Origin: an uncultured delta proteobacterium
GTDB taxonomy: Bacteria; Myxococcota_A; Polyangia; Polyangiales; Polyangiaceae
Assembly: GCA_963782055.1 (NCBI GenBank)
Contig: CAWAIF010000003.1
Coordinates: 3,296,001 to 3,360,000 of the forward strand
Direction of reading: 5' to 3'
Length of the DNA: 64,000 nucleotides
In this document: positions 38,681 through 48,910 of the stretch, in pieces
Layout of the letters: each line of letters begins with the position of its first letter
Position numbering within the stretch: position 1 is the first letter of the stretch
The notes under the pieces: generated by a model
The model's input: the letters and a program-made list of their open reading frames with translations, nothing else
What the model was told of the DNA's origin: nothing
Databases searched by the model: none
Made by a program: the position numbers and the translations under genes

Positions 38681-41332
38681 TCAGTTCAGGTCCTCCGGCG
38701 GGGGCGGCACGCTCTCGCCGGCGGGGGGGGTGCTCTCGCCGGGGGGCGCCTCGCTGCCGCCGTCGCCGTCGCGCTCGGCCAGCCGCTCCACACCGACGAC
38801 GCGCTCGTCGTCCTCCACGTTCATGATCCGGACGCCCTGCGCGTTGCGGCCGGTCTCCCGGATCTCCGCGACGCCGGTCCGCAGGGTCTGGCCGCGGTCG
38901 GTGATGAGCATGACCTCGTCGCTCTCCGCCACCAGCTTCACGTCCACCACCGGCCCGTTGCGCTCGCTCGCGTCGATCAGGATGATGCCCTTGCCGCCGC
39001 GGTGCTGGACGCGGAACTCGTCGATGAGCGTGCGCTTGCCGTAGCCCTTCTCGCAGACCGCGAGCACGTACGGGCGCTCCGGGTCGGTCACCGCCAGGCC
39101 GACGACCTGGTCCTCCCCGGCGAGCTCGATGCCCTTCACGCCGACCGTGGCGCGGCCCATCGCGCGGACCTGCTCCTCGTGGAAGCGGATGGACTGGCCG
39201 AGCTTGGTGGCGATGAGCAGGTCGCGCGAGCCGTCGGTCAGCGCGGCGGAGAGCAGGGCGTCGCCGTCCTCGATCTTGACGCCGATGATGCCCTTCTCCC
39301 GGAAGTTCTCGTAGCCGTCCAGCTCGGTCTTCTTGATCTGGCCGCGCCGCGTGAGGGTGACGACGTACTTGCCCTTCTCAATCTTGGGCACCTCCACGAT
39401 GGCGGCGACCTTCTCCCCCGGCTCCATCCCGACGAAGTTGACGATCGCCCGGCCCTTGCTCTGCCGCGTGGCCTGCGGGATCTCGTAGACCTTCTTGACG
39501 TAGACCTTCCCGCGGTCGCTGAAGAAGAAGACGTAGGCGTGCGTCGAGGCGATGAAGAGCTGGGTGACCCAGTCCTCCTCGCGCGCCTCCATGCCGATGC
39601 GCCCCTTGCCGCCGCGCTTCTGCGCGCGGTACGTGCTCGTGGAGGTGCGCTTGATGTACCCGGCGTGGGAGATGGTGACGACCATGTCCTCTTCCTGGAT
39701 CAGGTCCTCCTCGTGGATCTCCGCCTCCGTCGCCACGATCTCGGTCCGGCGCTTGTCGGCGTACTTCTGCCGCACCTCCTCGAGCTCCATGACGATGACG
39801 TTCTTGAGCACCTCCTCGTCGGCGAGGATGCCGCGCAGGCGCGCGATCTCGGCGCACAGCTCGCCGTACTCGGCCGCGAGCTTCTCGCCCTCCAGCCCGG
39901 TGAGGCGGGAGAGGCGCATCTCCAGGATGGCCTTCGCTTGCCGCTCCGAGAGCGTGTAGGGGGTGCGCTTCTTGGCGACCTCGATCTCCGAGTCGGGGCG
40001 CCCGGCGCGGCGGACGAAGGCCTCCAGGCCCTTCAGCGGCAGCGCCATCAAGCGGCCGCGCGCCTCCTCCGCGTCCTTCGACTCGCGGATGGTCTTGATG
40101 ACCAGGTCCACCTCGGTGATGGCCATCCCGAGGCCCTCGACAATCTCCCGCTGGGCCTCCGCCTGGCGCAGCTCGAAGCGGGTGCGGCGAGTGACGACGT
40201 CGCGTCGGTGCTCGACGAAGCAGGCCAGCGTCTCCTTGAGGTCGAGGGTGCGCGGGCGCCCGCCGACGATGGCGAGGTTGATCACGCCGAAGCTCGTCTG
40301 CAGCTCGGTCATCCGGTAGAGCTGGTTGATGACGACCTGCGCGAGGGCGTCCTTCTTCAGCTTGACGACGATGCGGATGTTCTCCTCGCGGTCGGACTCG
40401 TCGACGACGCCCTCGCGCCCCTCGACGATGCCGGCGATGCGCTTCTCCGAGCGCAGCTCGTCGATCTTGGAGATGAGCTTCGCCTTGTTCACCTGGTAGG
40501 GGATGGCGGTCACCACGAGCTGCTCGCGGTCCGCGCCCGCGCCTTGCTGCGGCTCCACCTTGATGGCGGCGCGCATGATGATCGACCCGCGCCCGGTGCG
40601 GTACGCCTGCTCGATGCCCGTGCGGCCGTAGATGAGCGCGCCGGTGGGGAAGTCCGGGCCGGGGACGAAGCGGATGACGTCGTCGATGGTGCAGTCGGGG
40701 TTCTTGATGAGGTGGATCGTCGCGTCCACCACCTCCCCCAGGTTGTGCGGGGGGATGTTGGTCGCCATGCCGACGGCGATGCCGCCCGTGCCGTTGATGA
40801 GCAGGTTGGGCACGCGCGCCGGCAGCACGACCGGCTCCATGTGCTGCTCGTCGAAGTTGGGGACGAAGTCGACGCAGTCCTTCTCGATGTCGCTGAGGAG
40901 CTCCATCGCGATCTTGGCGAGGCGCGCCTCGGTGTAGCGGTAGGCGGCCGCCGGGTCGCCGTCGACGGAGCCGTAGTTGCCCTGCCCGTCGATGAGCGGG
41001 TAGCGCATCGAGAAGTCCTGCGCGAGGCGGACCATCGCGTCGTAGACGCTGGCGTCGCCGTGCGGGTGGTACTTGCCGAGCACGTCGCCGACGATGGTCG
41101 CGCTCTTGCGGTACTTGGACGTCGGGAGCAGACCCGCCTGGTAGGCCGCGTACAGGATGCGCCGGTGCACGGGCTTCAGGCCGTCGCGCACGTCGGGGAT
41201 GGCGCGGCCGATGATCACGCTCATCGCGTAATCGAGGTAGCTCGTGCGCATCTCGTCGGAGATGCTGACGGGGATCTTGTTGTTGTGATTGGGGCCCTGC
41301 GGGCCCTGACCCTGAGGCGTGTCGGTGGACAT
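38681..41332 (-). CDS. gyrA: DNA gyrase subunit A
   Basis: [21 protein letters not shown], GyrA-box QKRGGKG, C-terminal beta-pinwheel repeats. Confidence 0.96.
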   Translation of the reverse strand: MSTDTPQGQGPQGPNHNNKIPVSISDEMRTSYLDYAMSVIIGRAIPDVRDGLKPVHRRILYAAYQAGLLPTSKYRKSATIVGDVLGKYHPHGDASVYDAMVRLAQDFSMRYPLIDGQGNYGSVDGDPAAAYRYTEARLAKIAMELLSDIEKDCVDFVPNFDEQHMEPVVLPARVPNLLINGTGGIAVGMATNIPPHNLGEVVDATIHLIKNPDCTIDDVIRFVPGPDFPTGALIYGRTGIEQAYRTGRGSIIMRAAIKVEPQQGAGADREQLVVTAIPYQVNKAKLISKIDELRSEKRIAGIVEGREGVVDESDREENIRIVVKLKKDALAQVVINQLYRMTELQTSFGVINLAIVGGRPRTLDLKETLACFVEHRRDVVTRRTRFELRQAEAQREIVEGLGMAITEVDLVIKTIRESKDAEEARGRLMALPLKGLEAFVRRAGRPDSEIEVAKKRTPYTLSERQAKAILEMRLSRLTGLEGEKLAAEYGELCAEIARLRGILADEEVLKNVIVMELEEVRQKYADKRRTEIVATEAEIHEEDLIQEEDMVVTISHAGYIKRTSTSTYRAQKRGGKGRIGMEAREEDWVTQLFIASTHAYVFFFSDRGKVYVKKVYEIPQATRQSKGRAIVNFVGMEPGEKVAAIVEVPKIEKGKYVVTLTRRGQIKKTELDGYENFREKGIIGVKIEDGDALLSAALTDGSRDLLIATKLGQSIRFHEEQVRAMGRATVGVKGIELAGEDQVVGLAVTDPERPYVLAVCEKGYGKRTLIDEFRVQHRGGKGIILIDASERNGPVVDVKLVAESDEVMLITDRGQTLRTGVAEIRETGRNAQGVRIMNVEDDERVVGVERLAERDGDGGSEAPPGESTPPAGESVPPPPEDLN

Positions 41333-41458
41333 GGGATGGGTTCGGCGTTGCGCGCGAGGGGGCGCCCGCGGAGCGGACAGGGTGTCTACTACACGCGGGG
41401 CCGAGGGGCTACGGCCCAGGCGGTCGCGGCCGCATCCGCGCGGCGGGGCGCCGGGCCG

Positions 41459-43249
41459 CTACTGCTCGTCGACCGAGACGACCTCCATCTCGAAGGTGAG
41501 CGTCGCGCTCGGCGGGATGGTGGGCGGCCGCCCGGCGCTGCCGTAGGCCAGGTCCGGCGGGATGACGAGCGTGCGCTTCTCCCCCTTGCGGGCGCCGACC
41601 AGGCCGTACTCCCAGCCCTTGATCACCACGTTCTCGCCCAGCGCGAAGGGGAAAGGCGCCGAGGCGTGCTCGTCGAAGACCTTCCCGCTGTCCAGCTTGC
41701 CGGTGTAGCGGACGCTCACCTCGTCGCCGAAGACGGCCGCCCTGCCGGAGCCGGCCCTGGTCGTCGTGACGCGCAGGCCGGTGTTGCTCGCGAGCGCGGC
41801 CTCGTAGACCTGCGAGCGCGGCGTGCCGGACGCGACGAGGCGCTTGGCGTGGGAGAGCTCGTCCTCCACGACGCTCTCGAACTTGGCGTAGGGCTGCGCG
41901 CCGGAGAGGCGGCGCCCGTTGATGAAGAAGGTGGGCACGCCGGTCACCCCCAGCGACTTGGCGAGCATGATGTCGCCGTCGATCTCGTGGCCGTGCTTGC
42001 GCAGGGTGATGGCCGAGTCGGCGGTCGCGCGGGGGACTCCGTGGGTGGCGGCGACGTCCAGCAGGTCGTCGCGCCGGAAGCCGGAGGTGCCGCCCGGGCC
42101 GCCCTGCTTCGCGAAGATGGCGTCGTGCATGCTCCAGAAGGCCGCCTCGCCGTTGCGGGCGCGCGCCTCCAGGGCGACCTCCGCCGCGGGCGCTGCCTGC
42201 GTGTGGAAACGGAGGGGGTCGTTCTTCCAGACGATGCGCAGGCTGTCGCCGTAGGTCGTGCGGAGCTGCCTCATGGTGGCGTCGGCCTTCAGGCAGTACG
42301 GGCACTGCAGGTCGCTGAACTCGACGATGGTCACCAGCGCGGTCTTCGGCCCGAGCGTCGGGCTGTCGCCCACCGCCACGTATTCCATCGGCGGGGAGGG
42401 GGACTTGGTGGTGGCCGTCGTCTTCGGCTTGGGAGCAGCGAAGGCGGTGGTCGACGCGCGGACGTAGACATGGTCGCGCGCCACGCCCGAGGCCACCAGC
42501 GTGCGGGCGCGCGCCAGCTCGGTGTCGATGGTGGTCTGGAAGGTGGAGAGCGGCTGGGCCCCCGACACCTTGACGCCGTTGATGAAGGAGGTGGGCGTCC
42601 CGGTCACGCCGAGGGACTTCGCCAGGGTGGCGTCGTCGTCGACGCGCGACGTCCACTTGCCCGCCGAGAGGCCGTCGACGACGTCGTCGCCGTTGACGCC
42701 CGCCGTGGCGGCCCAGCTGCGGTAACTGGAGGCGCGCAGCGCGCTCTGGTCGTCGACGCAGCGGTGCGCGAACTGGAAGAAGGCGTCGCTGCCGCCCTGC
42801 TCGAAGACGCCGCGCGCCGCCTCGGCCGCCTCGTGCGCGTGCGTGTGGAAGGCCAGAGGGTCGTTCTTCCAGACGACGCGCAGGTCCCCGTGGCCGTACA
42901 GGCTCTCCAGGCTGTCGATGGTCGTGGTCAGACGCTTGGTGAACGGGTCCTGCAGGTCACCGAAGACGACCATGGTGACCAGCGCGTCGCGGTCGCCGTG
43001 CATCGGATCATCGGAGGAGATGGGCACCGGCGAGGCCGTGTCACTCCAGGCGGCCACCGTGGCGGCCTTCGTCGCGACGGCCTTCGCCTTCCCGCGGTGC
43101 ATCCGGAAGGCCATGATGGCGCCGGCGCCGGCGACGACCATCAGCGCCACCACGATCAGCCCGACGACGAGGACGATGATCCACGGGCCGCGGGATGGGG
43201 GCGGCGGCTGCGCTTGCGGCGGCCCGAACGGTGAGTACCCCTGTTGCAT
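41459..43249 (-). CDS. Membrane-anchored protein with two DsbA-like thioredoxin domains and a C-terminal FKBP-type PPIase
   Basis: TM helix; FGDLQDPFT...GVTGTPTSFING; FSDLQCPYC...GVTGVPTFFING; VRYTGKL.SGKVFD, VIKGWEYG, IPPDLAYG, IPPSATLTFE. Confidence 0.85.
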   Translation of the reverse strand: MQQGYSPFGPPQAQPPPPSRGPWIIVLVVGLIVVALMVVAGAGAIMAFRMHRGKAKAVATKAATVAAWSDTASPVPISSDDPMHGDRDALVTMVVFGDLQDPFTKRLTTTIDSLESLYGHGDLRVVWKNDPLAFHTHAHEAAEAARGVFEQGGSDAFFQFAHRCVDDQSALRASSYRSWAATAGVNGDDVVDGLSAGKWTSRVDDDATLAKSLGVTGTPTSFINGVKVSGAQPLSTFQTTIDTELARARTLVASGVARDHVYVRASTTAFAAPKPKTTATTKSPSPPMEYVAVGDSPTLGPKTALVTIVEFSDLQCPYCLKADATMRQLRTTYGDSLRIVWKNDPLRFHTQAAPAAEVALEARARNGEAAFWSMHDAIFAKQGGPGGTSGFRRDDLLDVAATHGVPRATADSAITLRKHGHEIDGDIMLAKSLGVTGVPTFFINGRRLSGAQPYAKFESVVEDELSHAKRLVASGTPRSQVYEAALASNTGLRVTTTRAGSGRAAVFGDEVSVRYTGKLDSGKVFDEHASAPFPFALGENVVIKGWEYGLVGARKGEKRTLVIPPDLAYGSAGRPPTIPPSATLTFEMEVVSVDEQ

Positions 43250-43309
43250 GGCCGCGGGACTATACCCGCGGCGTGCCGCCCCGTACACGCGGACATGCCG
43301 CGGGGTGAC

Positions 43310-45673
43310 TCACAGGGCCACCAGCTCCGGCGCCAGCGCGGAGAGCAGGTCGAGCGTCACCGCCTTGCGCACGCCGGACGGGTCCGCCGGCCCCACGCAC
43401 GCCGGGCACCCCGCGGCGCACGGACAGGACGCGACGAGGTGGCGCGCCCGGCCGAGCAGCGGCGCGCGCAGCGCGAAGATGCGCTCGGCGAGGCCGGTGC
43501 CGCCGGGGACGTGCTCGTAGAGGAAGAGGGTGGGGGTGTACTCCTCGCCGTGCGGTCGCCCGGTGCCCGTCGCGTCGCCGAGCGCGACGCCGAGGTCGCG
43601 CGGGTCGCACATGAGGGCGAGGGTCGCCACTGTCTCCAGCGCGCGCCCCGCGCCGCGAAGGCCATCCACCACCGCCGCCTGCCCCGCCGGGTGCGACGCG
43701 GCGACGCCCTCCGGCACCGTCAGCCAGAAGGCGGTCGTGTGCATCTGCATCTCGGGCAGGCGCACGTCCCCGTAGCCGGCGTTCTCGTGCGTCTGGAACT
43801 TGATCTTCTTGTACCCGACCACCTTCTCCACGATGCAGACCTCCCCCCAGCTCGACGGCCACGCCGCCCGAGGTGACGCGTCGGCGGAGGAGGAGACGTC
43901 GATGACCGAGATCTGCGTGTGGGTCATCGCGTCGGTGAAGTAGTCCGGCTTCACCGCGCGCACGTACGCCTTGTGGTTCTCGTAGTCGAAGCGCTCCACC
44001 TGCCAGCACTCGCCGTCGTGCTGGTAGATCGCCTGCTCGTGCAGCATCGTGTGGGCGCCACGCCAGTCCAGCTCGGCGAGGGTGCGGTCGTGCTCGGCGT
44101 CGATGATGACGACGTTGTCCCAGCCGATGCTGCGCAGCGAGACGTCGTTGGCGGGGTAGGCGTCCGCGGCCCAGTGGTAGGTGCCGGCGGCCTCGTGCAC
44201 CACCCCGTGCTGCGCCAGGAAGGCGAGGGCGTCGGCGGTGTCCTCCGGGCCGAGCGAGCCGAACGCCTCCCCGCGCCGGAAGGGCAGCTCGAAGGCGGCG
44301 CACTTGAGGTGCTGCACCAGCACCTCCACGTTGTCCGGGTCGATGCGCGCCTCCTCCACCGGCGCGCCGAGGAGGTACTCCGGGTCGCGCGCGAGGAACT
44401 GATCGAGCGGCGCGCTGCACGCCACCAGCACGCAGATGCTCGTCGTGGCGCGGCGCCCCGCGCGCCCGAAGCGCTGCCACATCGCCGCGACCGAGCCGGG
44501 GTAGCTGGCGCAGATGACCGCGTCGAGCGCGCCCACGTCGATGCCGAGCTCCAGGGCGTTCGTCGCCACCACGCAGAGGATCTCCCCGCTCCGGAGCCGC
44601 CGCTCGATGTCGCGGCGTGTCTCCGGCAGGTAGCCGCCGCGGTACGCCATGATGCGCGCCGGGTCGATGCCGTCCTCGGCCACGGCCTCGCGCAGGTAGC
44701 GCAGCATCGTCTCCACGCTGTTGCGCGAGGGGCCGAAGACGATCGTCGGCACCTCGGCCCGCACCAGGTCCGCCGCGAGCATCACCGCCTGCTTCACGTA
44801 GCTCGCCCGGATGCCCAGCTCCTCGTTGACCACCGGCGGGTTGAAGAGGAAGAACTTGCGGCCGCCGGTGGGCGCGCCGCTCTCGGCGACCAGGTCCACC
44901 TCCTCCTCCGGCAGACCGAAGAGGCGCGCCGCGTGCTCCCGCGGGTTGCCGATGGTCGCCGTCGCGCCGACGAGCGTCGGCCGCGCGCCGTGGAACGCCG
45001 CCACGCGCATCAGCCGTCGGATCACGTTGGCGACGTGCGACCCGAAGACGCCCTTGTAGGTGTGCATCTCGTCCACCACCACGTAGCGCAGGCTCTGGAA
45101 GGTGCGCGCCCAGCTCGCGTGGTGCGGGAGGATGCCGGTGTGCAGCATGTCCGGGTTGGTGACGATGATGCGCCCCTTCTCGCGCGCCGCGCGCCGCGCG
45201 TCGCCCGGGGTGTCGCCGTCGTAGGTGACGACGCTCGCCGGCACGCCCGCCGCCCCCATCAGCTCCCGCACGCCGGCCTCCTGATCCCGCGCGAGCGCCT
45301 TGGTGGGGAAGAAGTAGAGCGCGCGCGCCTCCGGGTCCTCGCGCAGCGCCTGCAGCACCGGGAGGTGGAAGCAGAGGCTCTTGCCGCTGGCGGTGGGCGT
45401 GGAGACGACGAAGGCGCGGCCGCGCTCGGAGAGGGCGAAGGTCTCCGCCTGATGCGTGTAGAGTGCATCGATCCCCCGCGCGCGGAGAGCGCCGGCGAGC
45501 GCCGGGTCGAGCCCCGGCGGCACGGGGGCGAGGCGTGCGGGGCGGGGGAGGTAGTCCTTCTCCGCGGCAAAACAGGGGCGGACGTACCGGCTCTTCAGCC
45601 AGCGCTCGAGGACGGGGTCGATCCCCCGGACGCGCGTCCAGGGCGCGGGCGGGCGACGTGACGAGAGCTGCAT
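43310..45673 (-). CDS. DEAD/DEAH helicase with C-terminal DUF1998 zinc domain (MrfA/YprA/Hrq1-like)
   Basis: LYTHQ, TPTASGKS, PTKALARDQ, YDGDT, DEMH, ATNALELGIDVG, QRFGRAGR, CPCAAGCPAC. Confidence 0.9.
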   Translation of the reverse strand: MQLSSRRPPAPWTRVRGIDPVLERWLKSRYVRPCFAAEKDYLPRPARLAPVPPGLDPALAGALRARGIDALYTHQAETFALSERGRAFVVSTPTASGKSLCFHLPVLQALREDPEARALYFFPTKALARDQEAGVRELMGAAGVPASVVTYDGDTPGDARRAAREKGRIIVTNPDMLHTGILPHHASWARTFQSLRYVVVDEMHTYKGVFGSHVANVIRRLMRVAAFHGARPTLVGATATIGNPREHAARLFGLPEEEVDLVAESGAPTGGRKFFLFNPPVVNEELGIRASYVKQAVMLAADLVRAEVPTIVFGPSRNSVETMLRYLREAVAEDGIDPARIMAYRGGYLPETRRDIERRLRSGEILCVVATNALELGIDVGALDAVICASYPGSVAAMWQRFGRAGRRATTSICVLVACSAPLDQFLARDPEYLLGAPVEEARIDPDNVEVLVQHLKCAAFELPFRRGEAFGSLGPEDTADALAFLAQHGVVHEAAGTYHWAADAYPANDVSLRSIGWDNVVIIDAEHDRTLAELDWRGAHTMLHEQAIYQHDGECWQVERFDYENHKAYVRAVKPDYFTDAMTHTQISVIDVSSSADASPRAAWPSSWGEVCIVEKVVGYKKIKFQTHENAGYGDVRLPEMQMHTTAFWLTVPEGVAASHPAGQAAVVDGLRGAGRALETVATLALMCDPRDLGVALGDATGTGRPHGEEYTPTLFLYEHVPGGTGLAERIFALRAPLLGRARHLVASCPCAAGCPACVGPADPSGVRKAVTLDLLSALAPELVAL

Positions 45674-45793
45674 CCGCCCATACTAAACATCCGTGCGGTA
45701 CCCTGTCCACGCGGCAACGAGCACGCGCCGCCGGTTTCCGCCTTTTCTCTCGCGACTGTAGCGGGCGCGTGGTAACCCACACGGGCTCGTTTT

Positions 45794-46669
45794 ATGACCG
45801 ATCCCGAGCAGCCCAAAGCCGCGGAAAATCCGCCCCCGGAGCCACCCCTGGAGCCTGCGCCCCCGGAGGGGCCGCTGGCGCCTGAGCCGGTCCTGCCGCC
45901 CACCCCCAAGGACGCCCCCGCGGCCGTCCCGAGCCTCATCGCCCCGGACGTACCCCGCCTCGGGATGCCCACCGGCGCCGGCCGTCACATCCCGGCCGAG
46001 GGCTCGCCCTCCTACATCTTCCTCGCCATCGTCTCCATCACGACGCTGGGCGTGGACATCGCCTCCAAGCTCTGGGCGGAGAAGATGCTCGACCTGCGGC
46101 CGCCCATCACGGTCATCAAGAACCACATGGAGTTCATCCTCGCCCGCAACAAGGGCGGGGCGTGGGGCCTGCTGCAGGGCACGAGCGAGTCGGTGCGGCG
46201 CCCCTTCTTCCTGCTCGTCTCGGCGCTCGCCATCGGCTTCATCGTCACGCTCTTCTCCCGCCTGCAGCCGCGGCAGCGCGCGCTCAGGTGGGGGCTGCCG
46301 CTGGTGCTCGGCGGCGCGCTGGGCAACGTCTTCGATCGCATCCGTTACGGGTGGGTCATCGACTTCATCGACGTGCACACCGCCTACAAGGGCATCGATC
46401 ACCACTGGCCCACCTTCAACGTGGCGGACATCGCCATCTGTCTGGGCGTCGGGCTGATGGCGGTGGACATGCTCACGTCCAAGCGTGGGCCGAAGCGCAA
46501 GGCAGACGCGAGCCCGGATCAGCCCGCGCCGGCCGCGTCGCCGGAGAGCGCCCAGCAGGGGGCGGCGGCGGTGGAGTCGTCGGAGGCCGCGCCCGCGGAG
46601 CCTGCCGCGCCGGAGCCGAAGCCCGATGAGGCCACGGTCGGCGAGGGAGAGACTCGCGCCGCCGGGTGA
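45794..46669 (+). CDS. lspA: Lipoprotein signal peptidase II with Pro-rich extensions
   Basis: DIASKLW, NKGGAWG, GGALGNVFDR, VIDFI, FNVADIAI. Confidence 0.93.
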   Translation: MTDPEQPKAAENPPPEPPLEPAPPEGPLAPEPVLPPTPKDAPAAVPSLIAPDVPRLGMPTGAGRHIPAEGSPSYIFLAIVSITTLGVDIASKLWAEKMLDLRPPITVIKNHMEFILARNKGGAWGLLQGTSESVRRPFFLLVSALAIGFIVTLFSRLQPRQRALRWGLPLVLGGALGNVFDRIRYGWVIDFIDVHTAYKGIDHHWPTFNVADIAICLGVGLMAVDMLTSKRGPKRKADASPDQPAPAASPESAQQGAAAVESSEAAPAEPAAPEPKPDEATVGEGETRAAG

Positions 46670-46673
46670 GCGC

Positions 46674-47603
46674 GTGCGACCGGAGCTCTTCAACCTCTTC
46701 GGCGTCGGGTTCCCGGCGTACTTCGTCCTGCTGGTCACCGGCTTTTTGTTCGCGACCACCGCGGGCGTGCTGTGGGCGAAGCGCATCGGCCAGAGCCCCG
46801 ACGTCATCGTCGACCTCTCCCTGGCGATGCTCCTCAGCGGCGTCGCCGGCTCGCGCATCCTGCACGTCTTCGCCGATGGCTACTTCTGGGACTACGTCCA
46901 CCTCTGCACCGATCCGTCGAGGGTGACCTGGCCGCTCGACGCACACACGTGCCTGTCGGCGGCGTACGGCGGCGTGTGGGACGCGGCGGCGCACGCGTGC
47001 CACCCCGGCCACCGCGACTGCCTCGCCTGGGCGAAGTTCTGGGCCGGTGGGCTCACCTACTACGGCGGCTTCATCGGCGCCGCCGTCGGCGCGTGGTTCT
47101 TGCTGCGGCGGGACAAGTTCCCCTTCTGGAAGGCGGCGGACATGGCGGGCTTCGCCATCCCCATCGGCCTGGCGTTCGGGCGCATGGGGTGTCTGCTGGC
47201 CGGCTGTTGCTTCGGATCGGTCTGCAACCTGCCGTGGGCGCTCTCCTTCCCGGCGCGTAGCCCGGCGAGCGACGAGCAGGCGCGCGATCACCTCCTCGCC
47301 AGCTCCCACCTGCCCAGCCTCCCCGTCCACCCGACGCAGATCTACGAGTCGCTCGGCTCTCTCGGCATCGCCGTGGTGTGCCTGCTCTGGATGCACCCGC
47401 GCAAGCGCTACGACGGCCAGGTCTTCGTCCTCTTCCTCGTGCTCTACGCGGTGGTGAGATTCCTGCTGGAGGTGCTGCGCCGCGACGATCGCGGGGGCGC
47501 CTTCATGCTCTCCACCTCGCAGCTCATCGGCCTCGCGATGATCGGCGCGGCCGTGGTGATTCATCGCTTGCGCACCGGCCCGCGCGCAGCGGCGCCGGCG
47601 TGA
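46674..47603 (+). CDS. lgt: Prolipoprotein diacylglyceryl transferase
   Basis: GGLTYYGGFIG, FGRMGCLLAGCCFG, HPTQIYE, RFLLEVLR.D. Confidence 0.92.
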   Translation: MRPELFNLFGVGFPAYFVLLVTGFLFATTAGVLWAKRIGQSPDVIVDLSLAMLLSGVAGSRILHVFADGYFWDYVHLCTDPSRVTWPLDAHTCLSAAYGGVWDAAAHACHPGHRDCLAWAKFWAGGLTYYGGFIGAAVGAWFLLRRDKFPFWKAADMAGFAIPIGLAFGRMGCLLAGCCFGSVCNLPWALSFPARSPASDEQARDHLLASSHLPSLPVHPTQIYESLGSLGIAVVCLLWMHPRKRYDGQVFVLFLVLYAVVRFLLEVLRRDDRGGAFMLSTSQLIGLAMIGAAVVIHRLRTGPRAAAPA

Positions 47604-47645
47604 AGCTTTCTCGCCCGTCGGCGTCGGCTGGTGCATAATCGTCGA

Positions 47646-47972
47646 GTGAGCACTTCGCTTCGTCGCACCTTCGCCTGCCTCATGGTCGCCGTGCCGCCGC
47701 TCGTCCTCTTCGCGTGCTCGTCGTCCGACGTGCGGCCCGCGCCGCTCGGTGACTGCACCGGCAACTGCGGCAACTCGACGGACGCGACCGTCACCGTCGA
47801 CGCCGGCAACGACGTGCAGAGCACCGGAGACGGCGCGACGGGCGACGCGGCCCCGCTCCCCGATGGCGCCCAGCCCGACGGGGCGCTCCCGGACGGCGGC
47901 TTCCCCGACGGCGCGCTCCCCGACGGGAACCCGCCTCCGGATGGTGGCGGCCTGGACGCCGCCACCGAGTGA
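47646..47972 (+). CDS. Small lipoprotein with PDG pentapeptide repeats
   Basis: Lipobox LFAC; LPDGAQPDGALPDGGFPDGALPDG. Confidence 0.6.
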   Translation: MSTSLRRTFACLMVAVPPLVLFACSSSDVRPAPLGDCTGNCGNSTDATVTVDAGNDVQSTGDGATGDAAPLPDGAQPDGALPDGGFPDGALPDGNPPPDGGGLDAATE

Positions 47973-48022
47973 CGGCGCGAACGCCGGTCGTGTGAGCGCC
48001 GCCTGGTGGTAGGCTGCGCCGC

Positions 48023-48907
48023 ATGACGGCACAGGTCCTGGACGGTCGCGCGCTCGCCGAGTCGGTGCGCGCGGAGGTGAAGACGGGCGTCGATGGCTTC
48101 GTGAAGGAGCACGGCCGCGCGCCCGGGCTGGAGGTGGTGCTCGTGGGCGAGGACCCCGGCAGCGTCGTCTACACGCGCAACAAGGAGAAGGCCGCCGGGG
48201 AGGCGGGCATTCGCGGCAAGCTCCACAAGCTGCCCGTCAGCACGACGGAGGCGGAGCTGCTCGACCTGGTCCGTCGCCTCAACGCCGATGACGCGGTCGA
48301 CGGCATCCTGGTGCAGCTCCCGTTGCCCAAGCACATCTCCGACCAGAAGGTGATCGAGACGATCGACCCGGCCAAGGACGTGGACGGCTTTCACCCGATG
48401 AACGCCGGGCTGCTCGCCGTCGGCCGCGCCGATCGCGCGATGGTGCCTTGCACGCCGCGCGGGTGCATGAAGCTCATCGCCCTCGCCGGGGCGAAGGTGG
48501 AGGGGGCGCGCGCGGTGGTGGTCGGCCGCAGCAACATCGTCGGCAAGCCGGTCGCGCAGCTCCTGCTCGCGGCGCACGCCACCGTCACCATCGCCCACTC
48601 GCGCACGGTGGACCTGGCCGCGGTCTGTCGCGAGGCGGACATCCTGGTCGCCGCCGTGGGCCGGCCTCACCTGGTGCGCGGCGACTGGATCAAGCCGGGC
48701 GCCGTGGTCATCGACGTCGGCACCAACCGCATCCCCGCGCCGGAGAAGGGGGAGGGGAAGACCCGCCTCACCGGCGACGTCGCCTTCGAGGAGGCCAAGG
48801 AGGTCGCCTCGGCGATCAGCCCGGTCCCCGGCGGCGTGGGCCCGATGACCATCGCAGGGTTGCTGGAGAGCACGCTGATCGCCGCGCGCCGCCGGATGGG
48901 CGCGTAG
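48023..48907 (+). CDS. folD: Methylenetetrahydrofolate dehydrogenase/cyclohydrolase
   Basis: [40 protein letters not shown]. Confidence 0.97.
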   Translation: MTAQVLDGRALAESVRAEVKTGVDGFVKEHGRAPGLEVVLVGEDPGSVVYTRNKEKAAGEAGIRGKLHKLPVSTTEAELLDLVRRLNADDAVDGILVQLPLPKHISDQKVIETIDPAKDVDGFHPMNAGLLAVGRADRAMVPCTPRGCMKLIALAGAKVEGARAVVVGRSNIVGKPVAQLLLAAHATVTIAHSRTVDLAAVCREADILVAAVGRPHLVRGDWIKPGAVVIDVGTNRIPAPEKGEGKTRLTGDVAFEEAKEVASAISPVPGGVGPMTIAGLLESTLIAARRRMGA

Positions 48908-48910
48908 CGC

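Noticed and set aside
39002..43234. Very long antisense or alternate-frame ORFs (e.g. 1410 aa here; also 17832-21065, 6676-9621, 55470-58067)
   Set aside because: Shadow ORFs expected from high GC3 bias opposite well-supported genes; no motifs.
43310..45673. DISARM/Druantia-type defence helicase
   Set aside because: A single helicase-DUF1998 gene of the MrfA type, with no methylase, phospholipase D or other defence genes nearby.
47865..47945. 15-bp tandem repeats
   Set aside because: Ordinary coding PDG pentapeptide linker in a small lipoprotein.
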